Below are positions 41,678 through 52,338 of a stretch of 64,000 nt of DNA, piece after piece (within the stretch, counting starts at the first letter, position 1; each line of letters starts with the position of its first letter). The notes beneath the pieces are model-generated. The model searched no databases. It saw only the letters and a program-made list of their open reading frames with translations, and was not told where the DNA came from. The stretch lies in the IMG/VR virus record IMGVR_UViG_3300041964_000083, positions 89,953 to 153,952 of that record. One strand, 5' to 3'. The stretch comes from a virus. Position numbers and translations under genes: made by a program.

Positions 41678-41740
41678 TCAGTTAAACCTATTTGCGGTTT
41701 AATAGTACACATTTGTAAAGCAATATGCTTTAATAAAGGT

Positions 41741-41884
41741 ATGGACAAAAAACAGATGCTTAACGTGCGAGTGCCTGAATCTGAGATGAAAATCTTAAAA
41801 GATTATTGCGATCGCACAACCAGAACCCAAACCGAAGTAATCCGTGAGTTGATTCGTTCGCTTGCTGAGAAAAACAAAAATTAG
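41741..41884 (+). CDS. Ribbon-helix-helix regulator (47 aa)
   Basis: Manual translation MDKKQMLNVRVPESEMKILKDYCDRTTRTQTEVIRELIRSL. Confidence 0.8.
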   Translation: MDKKQMLNVRVPESEMKILKDYCDRTTRTQTEVIRELIRSLAEKNKN

Positions 41885-41962
41885 TTTATGCGATCGCGCT
41901 TTGCCTTGAGAACTTACGCGATCGCGCATCAAATAACCAACATTAATGGAGCAAGGAGAATT

Positions 41963-42463
41963 ATGGCAACGCTTTATATAGGGCATAGATTAATCGCTAG
42001 CAATGCTAACGACGCAGCAAAGAAAGGAGTAAAAGAATTACAAATACTATGGGAAAAGATTAGCGCAGGTTTATTAGACATAGAGAAAGATTGTCAAGTA
42101 AAATTTCCAGATTTATGTTTTGAAATCGAAGAGCTTGATTTAGCAAATGTAGATGTTGATTTAGTCTACGAAAACAAAGACGAGAAAATTTGGGAATTAT
42201 GCGCGAATGTGTGCATTAAAACTACACACCCTGACGAAATTCCTGAATGTGATTATGAATTTTGTGCCATTAGTCGATGGAAACAAATCGGAGAACCAAC
42301 ACAAAACGAAATTTATGAACCACTGTATGAATGCGATTGGACTACCATTAAACCTTTAATTTCAGGAAGCTTAGAAACAATAGCCGATAATGTTTCGGTT
42401 TGTTTTACAGGTATTTATGTAGATGCCTATTCAGAAATACATGATCGCGAACACTGGCTATAA
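41963..42463 (+). CDS. Acidic hypothetical protein
   Basis: AGGAG SD before 41963. Confidence 0.6.
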   Translation: MATLYIGHRLIASNANDAAKKGVKELQILWEKISAGLLDIEKDCQVKFPDLCFEIEELDLANVDVDLVYENKDEKIWELCANVCIKTTHPDEIPECDYEFCAISRWKQIGEPTQNEIYEPLYECDWTTIKPLISGSLETIADNVSVCFTGIYVDAYSEIHDREHWL

Positions 42464-42553
42464 CAGCGTTAGAGGCTATTTGATTTTAACTATTGCGAAC
42501 TGTAACGGAAGCCCTAAAAAGCCGTTAAATGTAAACCACACAAACATAGAACC

Positions 42554-42805
42554 ATGACACAAACTACAAACAAAACAACACAATTTAGCCACAGGACTTT
42601 CAAGGATCTGCCCGTTCCAGCCTATTTCGTATTTTGGGATGCATCCATTCAACCCGGTTTTCTTGAGCCAAAAGAGCATAGCTTCTTTGTCAAGACAAGT
42701 AAGGGTAAAATCTGTAAAGTTGGAGGCGATACGGAGATTGTCTGGCGTAAGGATTGTTTAGTCCGATACTACGGGCAGGATGTTACAAATTTACCTATTA
42801 AGTAA
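42554..42805 (+). CDS. Small hypothetical protein
   Basis: 83-aa ORF. Confidence 0.6.
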   Translation: MTQTTNKTTQFSHRTFKDLPVPAYFVFWDASIQPGFLEPKEHSFFVKTSKGKICKVGGDTEIVWRKDCLVRYYGQDVTNLPIK

Positions 42806-42890
42806 TACAAGCAAAGCGATCGCGCAATTCAACCCACGCGATCGCTTTACTAAATGATCTAAGACAATACACACTTAAAGGATAACGAAA

Positions 42891-43133
42891 ATGACCAACA
42901 CATACCTAACCCAGCGCGAAGTAAACTTGCTAGAGCTTCTACAAACAGGATGCGCGGCTTACTCTGTTAATCCTAAAGACACCGCAGCTTTAAAGTCTCT
43001 TCAGTTGAAGAAATTGATTTTAGTTTGGCGTAACTCAAACTGGGACAAACAGAGTTTTGATGTGACCTATCAATCGTATGGTTGCTATCCAAACTACGTA
43101 GAAGACGGGAAGCGTTATCAAATTATCGAGTAG
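42891..43133 (+). CDS. Small hypothetical protein
   Basis: 80-aa ORF, AAGGA SD. Confidence 0.6.
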   Translation: MTNTYLTQREVNLLELLQTGCAAYSVNPKDTAALKSLQLKKLILVWRNSNWDKQSFDVTYQSYGCYPNYVEDGKRYQIIE

Positions 43134-43250
43134 CTAACAACCAAACACAAAACGCGATCAGGATTCTCTCCTCCTGATTGCGTGATAGATAAAACAAAAT
43201 CATATCTGTTTTATCTCTAAAACGAGAAAACCATAACACACAAAGGAAAA

Positions 43251-43640
43251 GTGATGAAAATTAAAGTCAAAAGAGACGCTGATTCTGTTTTCGTTGGGAC
43301 AATAAAAGCCACTGTAGGGATGACTTTTGAATCTGGTGTAAAAATCACAAAAGTTAACGAAAAAAGTATTTCATTAGAAGGAAGCGATTGGTCGGATAAA
43401 CTAACAGATTATACGATCTGGTATACCGAAGCTATCGCTTATGGTTTCGAGAAAATAGAATCGCACGAGTTTGAATTAATAGCCGCAAAGGAACGAAAGT
43501 TCAAAGAAGGCGAATGGTGGTATCACCAAAAAGGTGACGATGTCTACCCCAACATTATCGAAGATCCAATAATGAAAGCTGGCTGGGAATTTGCAAAATC
43601 TGTACAGACGCTTCGAGATTTAGCGCTTAAAAACTTGTAA
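43251..43640 (+). CDS. Hypothetical protein
   Basis: 129-aa ORF. Confidence 0.6.
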   Translation: MMKIKVKRDADSVFVGTIKATVGMTFESGVKITKVNEKSISLEGSDWSDKLTDYTIWYTEAIAYGFEKIESHEFELIAAKERKFKEGEWWYHQKGDDVYPNIIEDPIMKAGWEFAKSVQTLRDLALKNL

Positions 43641-43727
43641 CGCTTGACCAAAAAGCGATCGCGTAATCCCGTCAAAGACCGCGATCGCCTTTTTCGTGCA
43701 GAAACACTACAACTACAATTTTAGATC

Positions 43728-46700
43728 ATGTATTCATTCCAAAATCTAACCCGCCCCACAGGAACAAAAGCCAAGCTACAAGCCAACCTTGAGGCAGTGA
43801 GACTGCTCAAAGAGCTAGAACACCATACACCCACATCAGCCGAGAAAGATATACTTGCTCAGTTTGTAGGATGGGGTACAGTTGCCAGCGCGATTAATAA
43901 AGAAGTGCTAGAGCTTCTGCCCAACGCTGACTTAAATAGCGATAACGCTTTCCAAACTTCTAAGCCAATTATCGAGGCAATGTGGGAGGTATTAGCCCAG
44001 CTTGGGTTTACTAGCGGGCGGATATTAGAGCCAAGCGCAAATATTGGTTTATTTCCTGGACTACAACCGATTACGCATAGAGAAAAATCTGAATGGTGTT
44101 TAGTTGAAATTGATCCAACCGCCAGCGCGATCGCACAACACCTACACACCGACGTGATCGTTTATCCCAAAGGTTTTGAGAAAGTACCCCTACCCAGTGA
44201 GTTTGATTTAGTCGTTGGTAACTTTCCATTCGGTAAAACCGCACCGTTTGATCCCAATTATACAGACTTCTCATTATCTCTTCATAATTACTTCTGGCTA
44301 AAATCCTTTGATGTTTTGCGAGTCGGTGGAATTGTTGCAGCTATCACCAGCACTGGAACGCTGGACACCAAGCCAGAAGTATTCTGTAAGTTATTGGCTG
44401 AGAAGGGGGCTAAGTTAATCGATGCAGTGCGACTCCCCAACACAGCATTCAAAGATATGGGTACAAGCGTTACTGCTGACCTTATTATCCTACAGAAGTC
44501 AGCCACACCCCAGTCTGGAGTGTGGCTGGAGACAGTTGAAAGCGAGGTTTTAGATAACAACGGAAACCCGATTGAGATAAACCGCTATTTTGCCGAGAAC
44601 CCGGATAAGGTGCTCGGTACTCTCGCCAACTGTACGCTGTATGACGGCGATCGCATAGCGGTTAAAGATGACGGGCGAGATATTAAGCAAGCAATCATTA
44701 AAGCATTTGACATCGAAACGATGTCAGTTTACAAACCGTTACGCAATCCAGTCAGCTTACGGGGGAAACTTCTGCCATCTGAGTTAATTGGTATTAACCC
44801 GTATTCATTCTTACTTCAAGACGGAAAAGTTTACCAGCTACGACCTGATGAGGGTTTAGTGTTGGTAACGCTGAACTCAGACCGAATTAAGGCTGGGTTA
44901 GCACTGAAGTCCACCTTAACTGAGCTTGTAGAAGCGGAAGTAAATGATCGAGAGTGCGAGGGGTTGCGATCACGTCTTAACTTCCAGTACGACCAATTTG
45001 TAAGGCAGTACGGGAACCTACTCAACCCGTACAAGAAGACTCGATCTATATTCACAGACGATAGCGAACTCTATTCGATGCTTTTTGCGCTAGAGGAGAA
45101 ACATGAACTAGAGGATGAGCTGTCAGAAGAAGAGAATCAGGGCTTCGGTGAAGAAATACCTAAGACTCGGAAAAAACTAAAAAAGGAGGTTTACTACACC
45201 AAAGCGGATATTTTCTACAAGAAAGTATCGGGAAGCATCAGAACGCGATCGCACGCTATCACTCAACCCATCGACGCGGTGCATGAGTGCTTAGACAGCT
45301 TAGGTTATCTGGACATCAAGCGAATAGCCGCACAGTTAGACAAGAGTGAGGAAGACGCGATCTTAACTCTTAAGGCTGAGGAGCTAATGTTTTTTGACCC
45401 ACAATTAAAAAAGTGGGTAGTACGGGATGAGTACATTAGTGGTGATACACGCGCCAAGTTACGGCTAATCAGAACGATTAAGCAACTTGATCCGAAGTGT
45501 TTTGCGGAGTGGAAACTAGCTGATAATGAAAACATTCTGACTCGTAGAGACAGTAAGGGGCGATACGTTAATATTTCCCCTTACCTGCTTCCCCCCGCTA
45601 GCGCTGAAATTAAAGCCGATATCGCCCACCGGTTAAAGATTCAGTTTGATATTGACTGCGATGAAGACCCAGAAGCCTATATAAGAGTTGGACTTGGAGC
45701 TAACTTTTTATCAACTCAGGATATAAAAGAGTTTGCCGCTCATATTATTGGTTCTCTTAATGCACAATCTATCAAGTGCGATCGCGTACCAGGATTGGCG
45801 CTTTGGGCAGTCAAGGGCGACAAAAACCTTGCAGCTAAATCTCAGTATGCATCGGAGGGTAGTAGCGGTAATGGTAAGATGGACGCCTTAAAGCTGCTTG
45901 AACATGGCTTAAACCATGCACCCATCAAAATCAAGATTACCTACAAGGCAGCAGACGGTACAGAGTACACCGATCAAAAGGCTACTGAAGAGGCAACAAA
46001 CAACGCCGTAGCAGCACTTGAGCGAATTAAGACTGAGTTTAAACAGTGGTTGTGGCAATGCCCTGAGCGGGCATGGAGAATTACACAAGAATACAACCAC
46101 CTTTATCCACGTCCATTACGGCGCACATATGACGGTAGTTTTTTAACACTACCAGACAGCAACGGTGCAATTAAGCTTAAGACGCATCAGTTAAATGCTG
46201 TAGCACGAATGCGGCAAACTAATCGCTGTTTTCTGCTGCATGAAGTTGGAGTAGGAAAAACATTTAGTCTGATTGCTGGCGCTTATGAGTCAAAGCGGTT
46301 AGGGAAAGCTAATAAACCGCTAATCGTAGTTTTGAAGGCGACATTAGGGCAGTTTGCCGCCAGTTACCGCGCACTTTACCCAAACGCTAAGTTACTAATA
46401 GCTGATGAAGATAGCTTCAACGCCGAGAACCGAAACAAACTAATTGCGAAAATCCAGACAGGTGATTATGACAGCATCATCATGACCCATGATCAGTTCT
46501 ATGCAATCCCTATCAGTTTTGCCGCCAAGATGCAGTGGATTGAAGGGCAGTTGAAGATAGCTCAAGACTATCTGAGTACTGGTGATAAGGCGGATCGTCT
46601 GTTACATCGGGAACTAGAACGACAAGTTGAAGACCTACAAGACCAGTTGAATCAGCTCAAGATTGAAGAAGAGATTGCAGCCGTTAAGCATGATGCGATC

Positions 46701-49106
46701 GCGCTGAAGTCTCTACTCAAACAATTGGAAGCTGATGGCAAAATTGTTATTGATGTTAAAGGCGCGATCGTTTTTAAGGATAAAAAAGGCAAACACGCTA
46801 AGAAAACAGAAAAAACAGCCAAGGTACTGAGCCAGAAAAACAAAGACAAGAAACGGGATACACTCTCTAACTCAATTGATAAAGCTTTCAACCACTACAC
46901 CCGTAACACGATAAATATTGAGTGGGAACAGCTGGGAATCGATTGGATAAATTTTGACGAGTTTCACGCTCTCAAGAATAAAAAGCTGCAAACCAAGCAG
47001 GTAGGTACTGCCGGGATTACCAACAGCGACACGCAGCGGACGCTTAACTGTTATCTCAAATTTCGCCAAGTTTACGAAAATGGTGGTTTTATCGGAGGCG
47101 CTACCGGAACCTACCCGACTAGCTCAATAACAGAACTTTATAATTTGCTGGATTTCTTTGCTCTTGAAGAGTTGAAGAGTACTGGTACTGAGCATTTTGA
47201 CAGTTGGTGTAGTCAATTTGCTGAATCTACGACCGAGCTAGAGTTTACTAGCACTGGGGGATTGAAGCAGAAAACACGGATATCTCGCTTCAAAAATCTA
47301 CCTATCCTTATGGATATGCTGGCAGAGTTTACCGACTTTGCTACAGCGACGGAGTAGGAGTACCGCGTCCTGATGTAGCGCGATAACAATTACAGCCCCA
47401 TTATCAAACGAGCAAGATAAGCTCAATCAGATAATTGCGGGGTATATGGAGCAGGTGCGTCGTGGTCCAGATTATGCACCAACTTACACCAATAAAGAGG
47501 GAAGACGGTTGCTCATAACCCGCTTACTTTAACGGGTATGGGAAGCGCGATCGCGATTGACCCACGGCTTGTTTACCCAAAGGCTAAAAACTTTCGGGAT
47601 AGTAAACTCAACAAACTTATCCACAATGTTTTCCACATCTGGGAAGCAACACAAGAGCAGAAGTTAACTCAGTTAATTTTTTGCGATGCATCCACGCCTA
47701 AAACCGATGGGAGTCTGAACACGTATCAGTACATTAAGGATGCACTCGTTGCACTAGGAAAAAACCCCAAGGAAATAGCTTTTATCCACGACTACGAAGG
47801 GCAAAAGAGAGCGCGGTTATTTGAAAAGATAACTCAGGGTGAGGTCAGAGTGATGATCGCCTCAACTCAGAAAGGGGGAATAGGTGTAAACGTTCAAGGT
47901 AACCAGAAACTACTAACAGGTGGAGTAGTTGCAGTTCATCACCTCGACCTGCACTGGACACCCGCCAGTATGGAGCAGCGCAACGGACGTGCACATCGTC
48001 AAGGCAATCCATGTCAAAAACATGGCAGTTTTATTACGGTACTAGCGGTAAGGGTGATTCACCTGGGTTTGATGCCTACAAATTCGACTTGGTACGCAAA
48101 AAAGCCGCGATGAATTATCAGATTATGTCAGGTAAGGTGACGGCTTGGGAGTGTGAAGATATTGGTGCTGATGCTTCAACCTATATGATGGCAGCGGCAG
48201 CACTTAGCGGCAAAACTGAGGCGATTGAACACGCTAAAGTACTCGATAAACTGCGGAAACTTGACGCCAATGATCGGCAGTTAGGCAATAAGCTTTTAGG
48301 TCAATCGATGAGCAAAAGGAAATTGATAGTGCGATCGCACAAGCTATTAAAGATTTAGCCAACGCAACAACCGATCAGGAGCAGGCACTAGAAGCAGGAG
48401 AGCTGACAGGTAAGTCGTTCAAGGTTGTAATTGAGAAACGCACCTACAAGAATTGGACGAATGCAGACGAAGCATTTAAAGATGCTGTAAGGAGTACGCA
48501 AGGGGTATTTAACGAGCAAAAGCTAGGCAGCATTGCGGGATTCAGCATCATCAAAAAGCAGACGTATGTGTATCTGGTCGGAAAGCAAGACTACTAACAG
48601 CGCGTAATAGCCTAGATTCGGTGCGAGACAAGGTAAAAGACATTGCTGAGGGTAAGTATGTCGATGAGGCTAAAGATCAGCTGGCATACCTAGAGAAGCG
48701 CAAACTAGACTTGCCCAGTGAAATAACCAAACTCTCAGCCGAGTTGAAAATCCTCAAGCATGAGATTGAAGGTTTAGTAACACGGGAGAAGGAGATCAAG
48801 GCTATCCTCACGGCTACCAAGAAAGAAGATGAGAAGGATAAGCCCAAGGAAACAGTAAAACTAATTGATGGTGTACTTGCTCCAGTGCCATCTGTTTACA
48901 AAGGGGTTGAGCCAAAAATTGTTGATTACATCAAATCGCTACCCGAACCCACCAGCATCGACACCGATAAGGTGGAGCTTCGCTGGATAGACGAGATGCG
49001 AAATTTAGAGCGCGTGTTTGTGGAGTCAGTCGCAGATGTTGAAGTAGCGCGGCAGAAGTTAGAGCAAGTTTATCAAACGACCGAACTCAGACTGAACTCA
49101 GCCTGA
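43728..49106 (+). CDS. DarB-like N6-methylase + SNF2 helicase fusion (several frameshifts after 47340)
   Basis: ANLEAVRLLKEL..QFVGWG, ILEPSANIGLF, VVGNFPFG, DAVRLPNTAF, HEVGVGKT, FDEFH, GATGT, QLIFCD, WTPASMEQRNGRAHRQGN. Confidence 0.85.
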
Positions 49107-49520
49107 ACTTAGAACTAACTCAGGCTGAACATCAAGTGAACGTTCAATCAAATTTCAATGTAGATTCAGAGTTAACTCAGACCGAGTTCAGCCAAACCTC
49201 AGAAGTAACTCAGACCGAATTCACCAAAACCAAGAGGAAGTACACACGACACGCCTCTACCAAAATAGACCGAACTCACTCTGAACTCAGTCTGAACTTG
49301 CCTAGAACTCAGACTGAACAGTCAGTGAAGATTCAATCTAATTTCAGTTCCAATTCAGTCCCAATTCAGCCTGAGTTCAGTCCTACCTCAGCGTTAACTC
49401 AGGCTGAACCTACTAAAGCTAAGAAGAATACGCGATCGGCTAGTTTTGCTAAACCAAGTAGAACTCAGAGTGAACTCAGAGTGAACTCACCCGCAACTCA
49501 GACTGAAGTTCAACAGAAGT
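49081..49520. repeat. 11-bp periodic tandem array (approx. CTGAACTCAGN) with 189-bp higher-order repeat
   Basis: ccgaactcaga ctgaactcagc ctgaacttaga...; blocks restart at 49081, 49270, 49459. Confidence 0.85.
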
Positions 49521-49642
49521 CTGAGAATTCTTCTAAGGTGGCTGCATATCGTCAGAAGCTGGCAGGGAGTTTGGCAAAGTTGGGGCTAGGGAAAGACGCG
49601 ATCGCACGGATTGATGCAAAGGTACGTGATCGCATTTCTTGA
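49136..49642 (+). CDS. Low-complexity ORF over the repeat array (coding status uncertain)
   Basis: TQTE repeats derive from the DNA array. Confidence 0.35.
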   Translation: MNVQSNFNVDSELTQTEFSQTSEVTQTEFTKTKRKYTRHASTKIDRTHSELSLNLPRTQTEQSVKIQSNFSSNSVPIQPEFSPTSALTQAEPTKAKKNTRSASFAKPSRTQSELRVNSPATQTEVQQKSENSSKVAAYRQKLAGSLAKLGLGKDAIARIDAKVRDRIS

Positions 49643-49655
49643 TATTAATCGTTGT

Positions 49656-49692
49656 CTACTTGTTTTAAAAGTGCTACTATTAAAACAAGTAG
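49656..49692 (+). promoter_or_regulatory. 13-bp inverted-repeat operator around a -10 box
   Basis: ctacttgttttaa-aagtgctacta-ttaaaacaagtag containing TACTAT. Confidence 0.65.
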
Positions 49693-49707
49693 TTATTTAG
49701 GCTAAAA

Positions 49708-50202
49708 ATGAGCATTACATCAAGACTAGAAAACATCCAACAAACTCACCAGCAATATCTCACCTTAATAGGTATAGAAGATAGAGCAGATGAGTTAGCA
49801 TCGAACAACTTAAACATTGGAGGGTATAGCGAATATCAAAGAATGGCAGCAGTGTCTGTTGTTGAAACGCTGGGATTAGAACAACCTGCAACCGTTCGCT
49901 CTATTGATGCTGTCGCAGAAGTTCTTTACGTTTGTGCGGCTACCCGTCCACCAGCCCTTAAATGGAACGATAACAATCTTCGCCACTATGAAAATTGGAG
50001 AAATCAGCATAACGATTCAAACCTTGCACAGACCTGGATAAACGAAATTCAAGCAATGAGCAATCGAAAGCTAGAAGAGATGGCGTCACATCTCAGGGTA
50101 GATGATGTAAGCAACGAAGTATTTGTAACTTCTTTCAAAGAAGGAAGTGTACATCGTCATGACGGACAGCACGGCGACTTGATGGATTTCGTCCATGCCT
50201 AA
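49708..50202 (+). CDS. Hypothetical protein
   Basis: 164-aa ORF. Confidence 0.6.
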   Translation: MSITSRLENIQQTHQQYLTLIGIEDRADELASNNLNIGGYSEYQRMAAVSVVETLGLEQPATVRSIDAVAEVLYVCAATRPPALKWNDNNLRHYENWRNQHNDSNLAQTWINEIQAMSNRKLEEMASHLRVDDVSNEVFVTSFKEGSVHRHDGQHGDLMDFVHA

Positions 50203-50569
50203 GCCGCCTAAACCTAATAAATCGGGAAACCTACGAGGAACAAACCCCAACAGTCGCGGCAACAACAATAAAGGTGGTAAGGTAAAAAAAAGTTTTTCTC
50301 TACGTCCTGAAACAATAGCGCGATCGCGTCAACTGGGAACGTCTGCTTCAGACGGAATAGACAAAGGGATTGACAAGCTTTTTGTGATGCTTCCCGTGTT
50401 TAGTAAAGCAAAACTCGCGATTGCGTTGTTGATTCAAAAGCATCCTAAAGCTGAAGAATATGCCGAGTCGGTACTTTTAGAATTAGAAGACTTGGAGATT
50501 GACGCCCTGTACAAAGAGTGCGAAACGGAAGGATTAATTGCGTCTAAGCCAGACGCTTGGATTATTTGA
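50195..50569 (+). CDS. Putative RHH-type DNA-binding protein
   Basis: RGTNPNSRGN..KVKKSFSLRPETIAR...SASDGID. Confidence 0.55.
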   Translation: MPKPPKPNKSGNLRGTNPNSRGNNNKGGKVKKSFSLRPETIARSRQLGTSASDGIDKGIDKLFVMLPVFSKAKLAIALLIQKHPKAEEYAESVLLELEDLEIDALYKECETEGLIASKPDAWII

Positions 50570-50712
50570 GCAGTGTGTATAATCATGGGAGTGATTCAGG
50601 AATCCTGGAAACGGTGAACTGCTGCTTGGCAAAAGCCCTAATCACTCCCTCGAATGAATCCCGCGTGCGGGACTGCCACCATTCCATACATTGGCAGTAA
50701 ACGAGGAAAACA

Positions 50713-50991
50713 ATGCAAATTCAAGTCAAATCAAGAATTACTGGAAAACTTACAACAGTCACGCTTGACTATGAGTACGTAACCTTCCATGATGCCTATC
50801 ATCTGAGTACCAATGACGGTCAATCTCCACAAGATTTTGCCTTAGGTTTGTCTTCTCGATTACGCAAGCCAATTGAGAGAACAGCACCGATGGAAGTATA
50901 CGAGTGGATTGGAAAAAACATCTTAGCTAAAAATGGGGTGTGGATACCTTCATCAATTTCAGGTGATGAGGAATATCACCCAATTAAATGA
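50713..50991 (+). CDS. Small hypothetical protein
   Basis: 92 aa, GAGG SD. Confidence 0.6.
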   Translation: MQIQVKSRITGKLTTVTLDYEYVTFHDAYHLSTNDGQSPQDFALGLSSRLRKPIERTAPMEVYEWIGKNILAKNGVWIPSSISGDEEYHPIK

Positions 50992-51130
50992 TGTATATTT
51001 TAACTGTGAGCGAGAGCAATACCTATCAGGTTGGGTGGCGACCCTTATTAGTAATACGTGCTTTAAGACCTCACAGTAATCCCTATTAGGGCTGGTTATA
51101 AACCAGAGTACTGATTAGAGGAATTACAAA

Positions 51131-51421
51131 ATGACAAACTGGAAGTTATTGACAGGATGCTTTGCAGGTTCAGTAATTGAAGAGGGAAAAATTCTAGATG
51201 TTCCTTTCAATGAGCTGGATGATGACTTGCAACTACGGATTCGAGATTGGGCTGATAGCAAGCTTTCAATTATTGATGATGGCGAAAACTGGGCAGTTCC
51301 AGGTGGTAGTGATAAACCAATATCTTTAGAAGATATTAAGGAACAATACGAACATTCTTGGGAATCAGAAGAAACTGATGAACCAGTAGATTTGATACCT
51401 GTTTCTCAGTGGAAAGATTAA
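51131..51421 (+). CDS. Small acidic hypothetical protein
   Basis: 96 aa, GAGG SD. Confidence 0.6.
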   Translation: MTNWKLLTGCFAGSVIEEGKILDVPFNELDDDLQLRIRDWADSKLSIIDDGENWAVPGGSDKPISLEDIKEQYEHSWESEETDEPVDLIPVSQWKD

Positions 51422-51601
51422 TGTCTAGTCGATTAATGAGTTCAGTGTTTGCGGCGCTAGTAGGTGAGTAGAGGATGAGTTAAAACTACCTACCCTAGCC
51501 TGTAATTGGCGTCACAGTACAACTGTTGCGCTGGAAAGAAACTCACTGGCAAAACAGAGAGGATAGTGAAAGAACACGGATTTAGAGCGGAATTAGTGAC
51601 A

Positions 51602-52165
51602 ATGAAGCTTTTACTTTTGGACATGGATGGAACTGTCAGAATGCCAATCTCTGACAACAAGTTTATCAATCAGCCGGACGACCAACGCCTGATTGATGGT
51701 GTATCAGAAGCGATCGCGCATTACTCCGACTGGACAATTATCGGCATCACCAATCAAGCGGGTGTGGCAGCAGGACATAAAAGTTTAGAAGACGCGATCG
51801 CAGAACAGCAATACACACTAAAACTTTGTCCTTGGTTAGACGCTATCTATTTTTGTCCTGATTTTGAAGGAAATTCATGTTTCTACGTCAACAAAGAAGA
51901 GCGCGTAGTTGCGGTACATGAACACTGGGGAAAATATCGCCACATGATCGGCTCATTCAGAAAACCTAATCCAGGTATGCTCCTATTAGCCGTAGAGCGA
52001 TTTTTATGGAATCTCATGCCAATCAGTAGAAAACCTAATAAAGAATTTGTTCTCTACGCAGGAGATAGGGAAGAAGACCAGTTAGCCGCGCAAGCCGCAT
52101 ATATACCTTTTATATGGGCTGACAACTGGAGAAAGGAAGAAGGTCAACATAGCTCTCAGATTTAG
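51602..52165 (+). CDS. HAD-IIIA phosphatase (polynucleotide 3'-phosphatase/GmhB-like)
   Basis: LLLDMDGT, ITNQAGV, RKPNPGML, YAGDREED. Confidence 0.88.
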   Translation: MKLLLLDMDGTVRMPISDNKFINQPDDQRLIDGVSEAIAHYSDWTIIGITNQAGVAAGHKSLEDAIAEQQYTLKLCPWLDAIYFCPDFEGNSCFYVNKEERVVAVHEHWGKYRHMIGSFRKPNPGMLLLAVERFLWNLMPISRKPNKEFVLYAGDREEDQLAAQAAYIPFIWADNWRKEEGQHSSQI

Positions 52166-52270
52166 TTCGATGTTGCCGCGATCACAACATCGCTCGGTGG
52201 TGGCGGACATCTTAACGCCGCAAGCTGTGCGGTTGACCCAACAGACGAACGAATTAAAATATTTGTTTGA
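52166..52270 (+). pseudogene. DHHA1-domain C-terminal remnant
   Basis: FDVAAITTSLGGGGHLNAASC in frame after the HAD gene TAG. Confidence 0.65.
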
Positions 52271-52293
52271 CAACGTTTCGATGTCAGTCTGTC

Positions 52294-52324
52294 AAAACCC
52301 TTATCTATATAGATAAGGGTTTTT
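52294..52324. terminator. Bidirectional terminator
   Basis: aaaacccttatcta-ta-tagataagggttttt. Confidence 0.75.
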
Positions 52325-52338
52325 CTTTGCAAATCAAC

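Noticed and set aside
49081-49520. CRISPR or guide-RNA array
   Set aside because: Degenerate contiguous 11-bp units with no constant repeat/unique spacer alternation and no cas genes
49640-49657. Additional TGACA palindrome copy (also a half-site at 19774)
   Set aside because: Only one arm matches; not counted among the 13
50587-50649. tRNA gene
   Set aside because: No T-arm GTTCRA, D-arm or CCA; only a closing stem
33797-52165. Stop-codon reassignment (in-frame TAG at 33797 and 52163, TAA at 35123)
   Set aside because: Many genes end normally in TAG or TAA, long ORFs are open under code 11, and no suppressor tRNA is seen
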